Part shown: one piece after another, positions 60,625 to 64,000 of the stretch
Numbering within the stretch: position 1 is the stretch's first letter
How the letters are laid out: the number at the start of each line of letters is the position of its first letter
DNA from: Takakia lepidozioides
Taxonomy: Eukaryota > Plantae > Bryophyta
Assembly (NCBI GenBank): GCA_030704615.1
Contig: CM060733.1
Location: 47,802,001 to 47,866,000, forward strand
Reading direction: 5' to 3'
Length of the DNA stretch: 64,000 bases
Translations under genes and position numbers: made by a program
Notes under the pieces: model-generated
Seen by the model: the letters and a program-made list of their open reading frames with translations, nothing else
Database searches by the model: none
What the model was told of the DNA's origin: nothing

Positions 60625-62448
60625 GAGCTTTCAACTTCCGCCGCGGTCTGGATGTGAGGTCTCTCTCAGGAGAGCCACGCCCTTCAGGCGGCATAAGTCC
60701 CAGCCAAAATGGAAAAAGATCTCCGTTTTTGGGGTACATGCCTCGAATAGCATGTTAAGCCAAGATTAGCATCAGATTTAGGGTACGTATCCAGGAAGCC
60801 ATGTGTCGCCAGCCCGAATGAAAACGGACGGCGGTGGACATTTATTGCCCAACTGCGCAATTAAATGTCGGATGAAGCCCTCCATGTCGGATGAAAAACG
60901 ACGGAACTCGGCCCGGAATTTCCAACGTAGAGGTAATTCGGAGCGCTGCAGGATGGAAATCCGGCGCCGGATTTCCATCCTACAGGTAATTCGGAGAGCA
61001 GCAGGATGGAAATTCAGCGCCGAATTTCCATCCTGCAAGGTAGGGCGGCGCGCAAAATTTCCCTCACGTAGGTAATTCAGAAGCGGATGGATGGAAATCC
61101 GGCGCCGGATTTCCATCCGCGCAGGTAGGGCGGCGCGCGAAATTTCCCTCACGCAGGTAATTCGGAGTCAAGCAGGATGGAAATTTAGCGCCGAATTTCC
61201 ATCCTGCAAGGTAGGGCGGCGCGCGAAATTTCCCTCACGCAGGTAATTCAGAAGCGGATGGATGGAAATCCGGCGCTGGATTTCCATCCGCGCAGGTAGG
61301 GCGGCTCGCGAAATTTCCCTCACGCAGGTAATTCGGAGGCGGATGGATGGAAATCCGGCGCAGGATTTCCATCCGTGCAGGTAGGGCGGCGCGCGAAATT
61401 TCCCTCACGCAAGTAATTCGGAGGCGGATGGATGGAAATCCGGCGCCGAATTTCCATCCAGCAGGTAAGTCGGATCGCTGGCGTATGGATATTCGGCGCC
61501 GGATTTCCATCCGCAAGGTTGGTCGGATAGCGGATGGATGGAAATCCGGCGCCGAATTCCCATCCTGCAGGTAATTCGAATCCCGGATGGATGGAAATCC
61601 GGAGCCGAATTTCCATCCAGCAGGTAAGTCGGATCGCTGGCGTATGGATATTCGGCGCCAGATTTCCATCCGCAAGGTTGGTCAGAGAGCGGATGGATGG
61701 AAATCCGGCGCCGAATTTCCATCCTTCAGGTAATTCGAATCCCGGATGGATGGAAATCCGGCGCCGGATTTCCATCCGCAAGGTTGGTCGGAGAGCGGAT
61801 GGATGGAAATCGGGCGCCGAATTTCCATCCAGCAGGTAAGTCGGATCGCTGGCGTATGGATATTCGGCGCCGGATTTCCATCCGCAAGGTTGGTCGGAGA
61901 GCGGATGGATGGAAATCCGGCGCCGAATTTCCATCCAGCAGGTAAGTCGGATCGCTGGCGTATGGATATTTCCATTCGCCAGGTATTTCAAAGCGCCGAA
62001 TTACCTTCCTGCCGGTAATTCTGAGCGTGTCCGATTGATTTTTCGTAGAAAAACAAACCTAACTGTTTGTTTTGTGGCTGAAGTGCACTTGTAGACACGT
62101 TTTTCTTGGAATCTTTGACTTCTAGAGGCAAATCGGAAGAGCCCCGGACGGAAATTCGGCGCCGTTTTTCCATTCTGGGAGGTTTTTACGACTTCCTTTG
62201 AGGGGGCCCCGATGGAAATTCGGCGCCGAATTTCCATCCGGGGGATGGTCTCTGTCGGAGAGGTGCCGGCCTCTCCGCCGCTCTGTTGGATATTCGGTGC
62301 CGAATTTCCGTCCGGGGGTTGAAATATGACGGCCAGGTGCCGGCCTCTCCCCCCTCCCCGACTGCATTGGAACGGCCCCGGATGGAAATTTGGCGCCGTT
62401 TTTCCATCTGGGGAGGTTTTTATGTCGGCCAGTTTTCGGCCTGACCCC
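60625..62448. repeat. Second copy of the GGCGCC-centred palindrome array segment
   Basis: Direct repeat of 28120-29792 with a different unit number and arrangement. Confidence 0.92.
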
Positions 62449-64000
62449 CCGACTTGCAGTGCTCGATGAGACCTCCTCGGGCAACATCACCGGACCACGA
62501 GGGAGCGTGCGAATATTCTTGTCAGCTCGCCATGAATCCTCTTCTCCGCCAGGTGCCTCGTCAAGTCTTCGTCTCACTAGACGGGTATGAACATCTCCTT
62601 CCAAATGTTGGCATCTTCGCAGCAATGGCGTGTCCCGAAGGCCCTCTCGCAAGGCCGCCGCCCACTTCCGAGGATTCTTTGATCTAGAGGCAGTCCGCAT
62701 CAGCATTTCCTGCCTGTCCGGCCCCAAGCCCCACTGTTTCCCTTTCAAGAACTCGTTGTACCTGCATTGCTGCATAATTGACCTCACAATGTCCTCCGTT
62801 GTGGCAGTGAGGACGTCTGATTTCCTTACAGTACCTGACGATGTCCACCAAGCCCGTATACATGCAAACTGTGTCTCTGCATCATCCAAGGTGGGAGCGC
62901 GCTTCCACGCAAGACACATGGAACGGTGCTCCTCTCTGAAATCTGGCGCCACGAGCCTGGTTGTGTACTGCGAAAGGCTCTGCAGAAAATGGAACCCACA
63001 AGATCTCTCCTTGCCTTCCATGGGAACATTGGGGTCTTGCCCGTACACCCTTCGGATGGCAGCCCAATTTGCTTGTGCGTTGTCCGCCATGAAACCACGG
63101 AAATTGGGAGGGGGCAATCCCGCCTTGGCCATCTGTTCGTTTATTCCCTGCCAAAGAAGCATCTCCGATTGTGTGTCCTCTCCTTTCATCTCACAAATAG
63201 CAATTGTCATTAGCATCCTGCAGTGGGTGTCGTAGACATGTGCACCCATTGTCACCCACTGGTGATTTGTAATTCGCTTGATATGGTCGAACATGACCCA
63301 ACTGTTTGACAAGTCCCCACTCGTCATCCTGTCGACCAGTTCGACGCCGCTGCCAGGTCCACACGTGGACATTTTGAATATGAAACAATGATCTGCCTCA
63401 GTCCCTTGTCCTGGAAACCTACTTCCATGAATGTAGTCATATCCACATCATCGCTTCACCTCCAGAATGGAGTGCATATCCGAGCCACGCCCAATTTTCT
63501 GTTTGCATGAGACAATGTGGTTTCGGACATTCGGTGAACATACGTGGGACACCGACTCCAGCAATGCCTCCATTTCCTTCTCATCGAGAGGAACTCTATC
63601 GGAGCCGTCTTCCGACATAATTCTGGCCAATGCCATCTTATGGGCGGCTTGGAGCTGTATCTGTTTGGGTTTGGCACCCGGTCTCAACTTAACCTCCTCC
63701 TGAACGAGCTGCTCTGCCTCGTGGGCAGCCTCCCGCGAGTTCCCCTTCGCCAATTTGTGACAATGGGAACCAACGTGTATGCAAGCTCGGGTGAGGTCAG
63801 GGAAACGGTGCAACACATAGAACTGCTTGGCATTACAAACAGACATGCAGTGTGGTGGTTCTTTGCAATGCGCACACTTAAATGTGGAGTTCGGAACCTT
63901 CTCCTGAGCTCGAAATGGTTGATGAGCTGTGCCTGTCCAATCGGTCTCGTTCCTGTGACCTCTGGATTTAAAGTGGAAGCAAGTTGGGGAGAAACACCGC
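62449..64000 (-). mobile_element. Mutator-like (MULE) DDE transposase, one in-frame stop, 3' end fused to the repeat array
   Basis: N-terminal C.AK...H.H zinc motif (CNAKQFY...GSHCH), VMFDH, FMADNAQA and CGFH (CxxH). ORFs 63846-63448 and 63372-62122 share a frame across a single TGA. Confidence 0.75.

Noticed and set aside
60900-62410. CRISPR array (palindromic repeats with spacers; also 28445-29840, 22605-23255, 39951-40670)
   Set aside because: Spacers are themselves repeated rather than unique, there are no cas genes, and the context is eukaryotic and intronic.

Overview
This is eukaryotic, intron-containing land-plant-type DNA, most likely from a non-seed plant (inference). Apart from the last two exons of a host A1 aspartic protease (448-1857), it is almost entirely nested and rearranged transposons: several decayed Ty3/Gypsy copies, a CACTA 3' half, an L1 fragment and a Mutator-like transposase. 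Two systems stand out. (1) A young 12.2-kb Gypsy element (43870-56047, minus strand) encodes Gag-protease-DNMT3-like C5 cytosine methyltransferase, then a single UAG-CAA-CCA stop, then RT-RNaseH-integrase-PHD. It has a self-complementary (non-tRNA) PBS and a circularly permuted terminal structure that looks like a 2-LTR circle integrated through a palindrome inside the LTR. (2) A spliced, TE-associated gene family (three divergent paralogs plus one near-identical partial copy) fuses a ParB/Srx-like domain to a beta-class N4C/N6A-type methyltransferase. Each paralog carries its own distinct ~20-bp palindrome repeated in its introns or flanks, reminiscent of ParB/parS and of VANDAL/VANC. One copy abuts a MULE transposase. 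All domain calls are by eye from motifs; no database searches were run.
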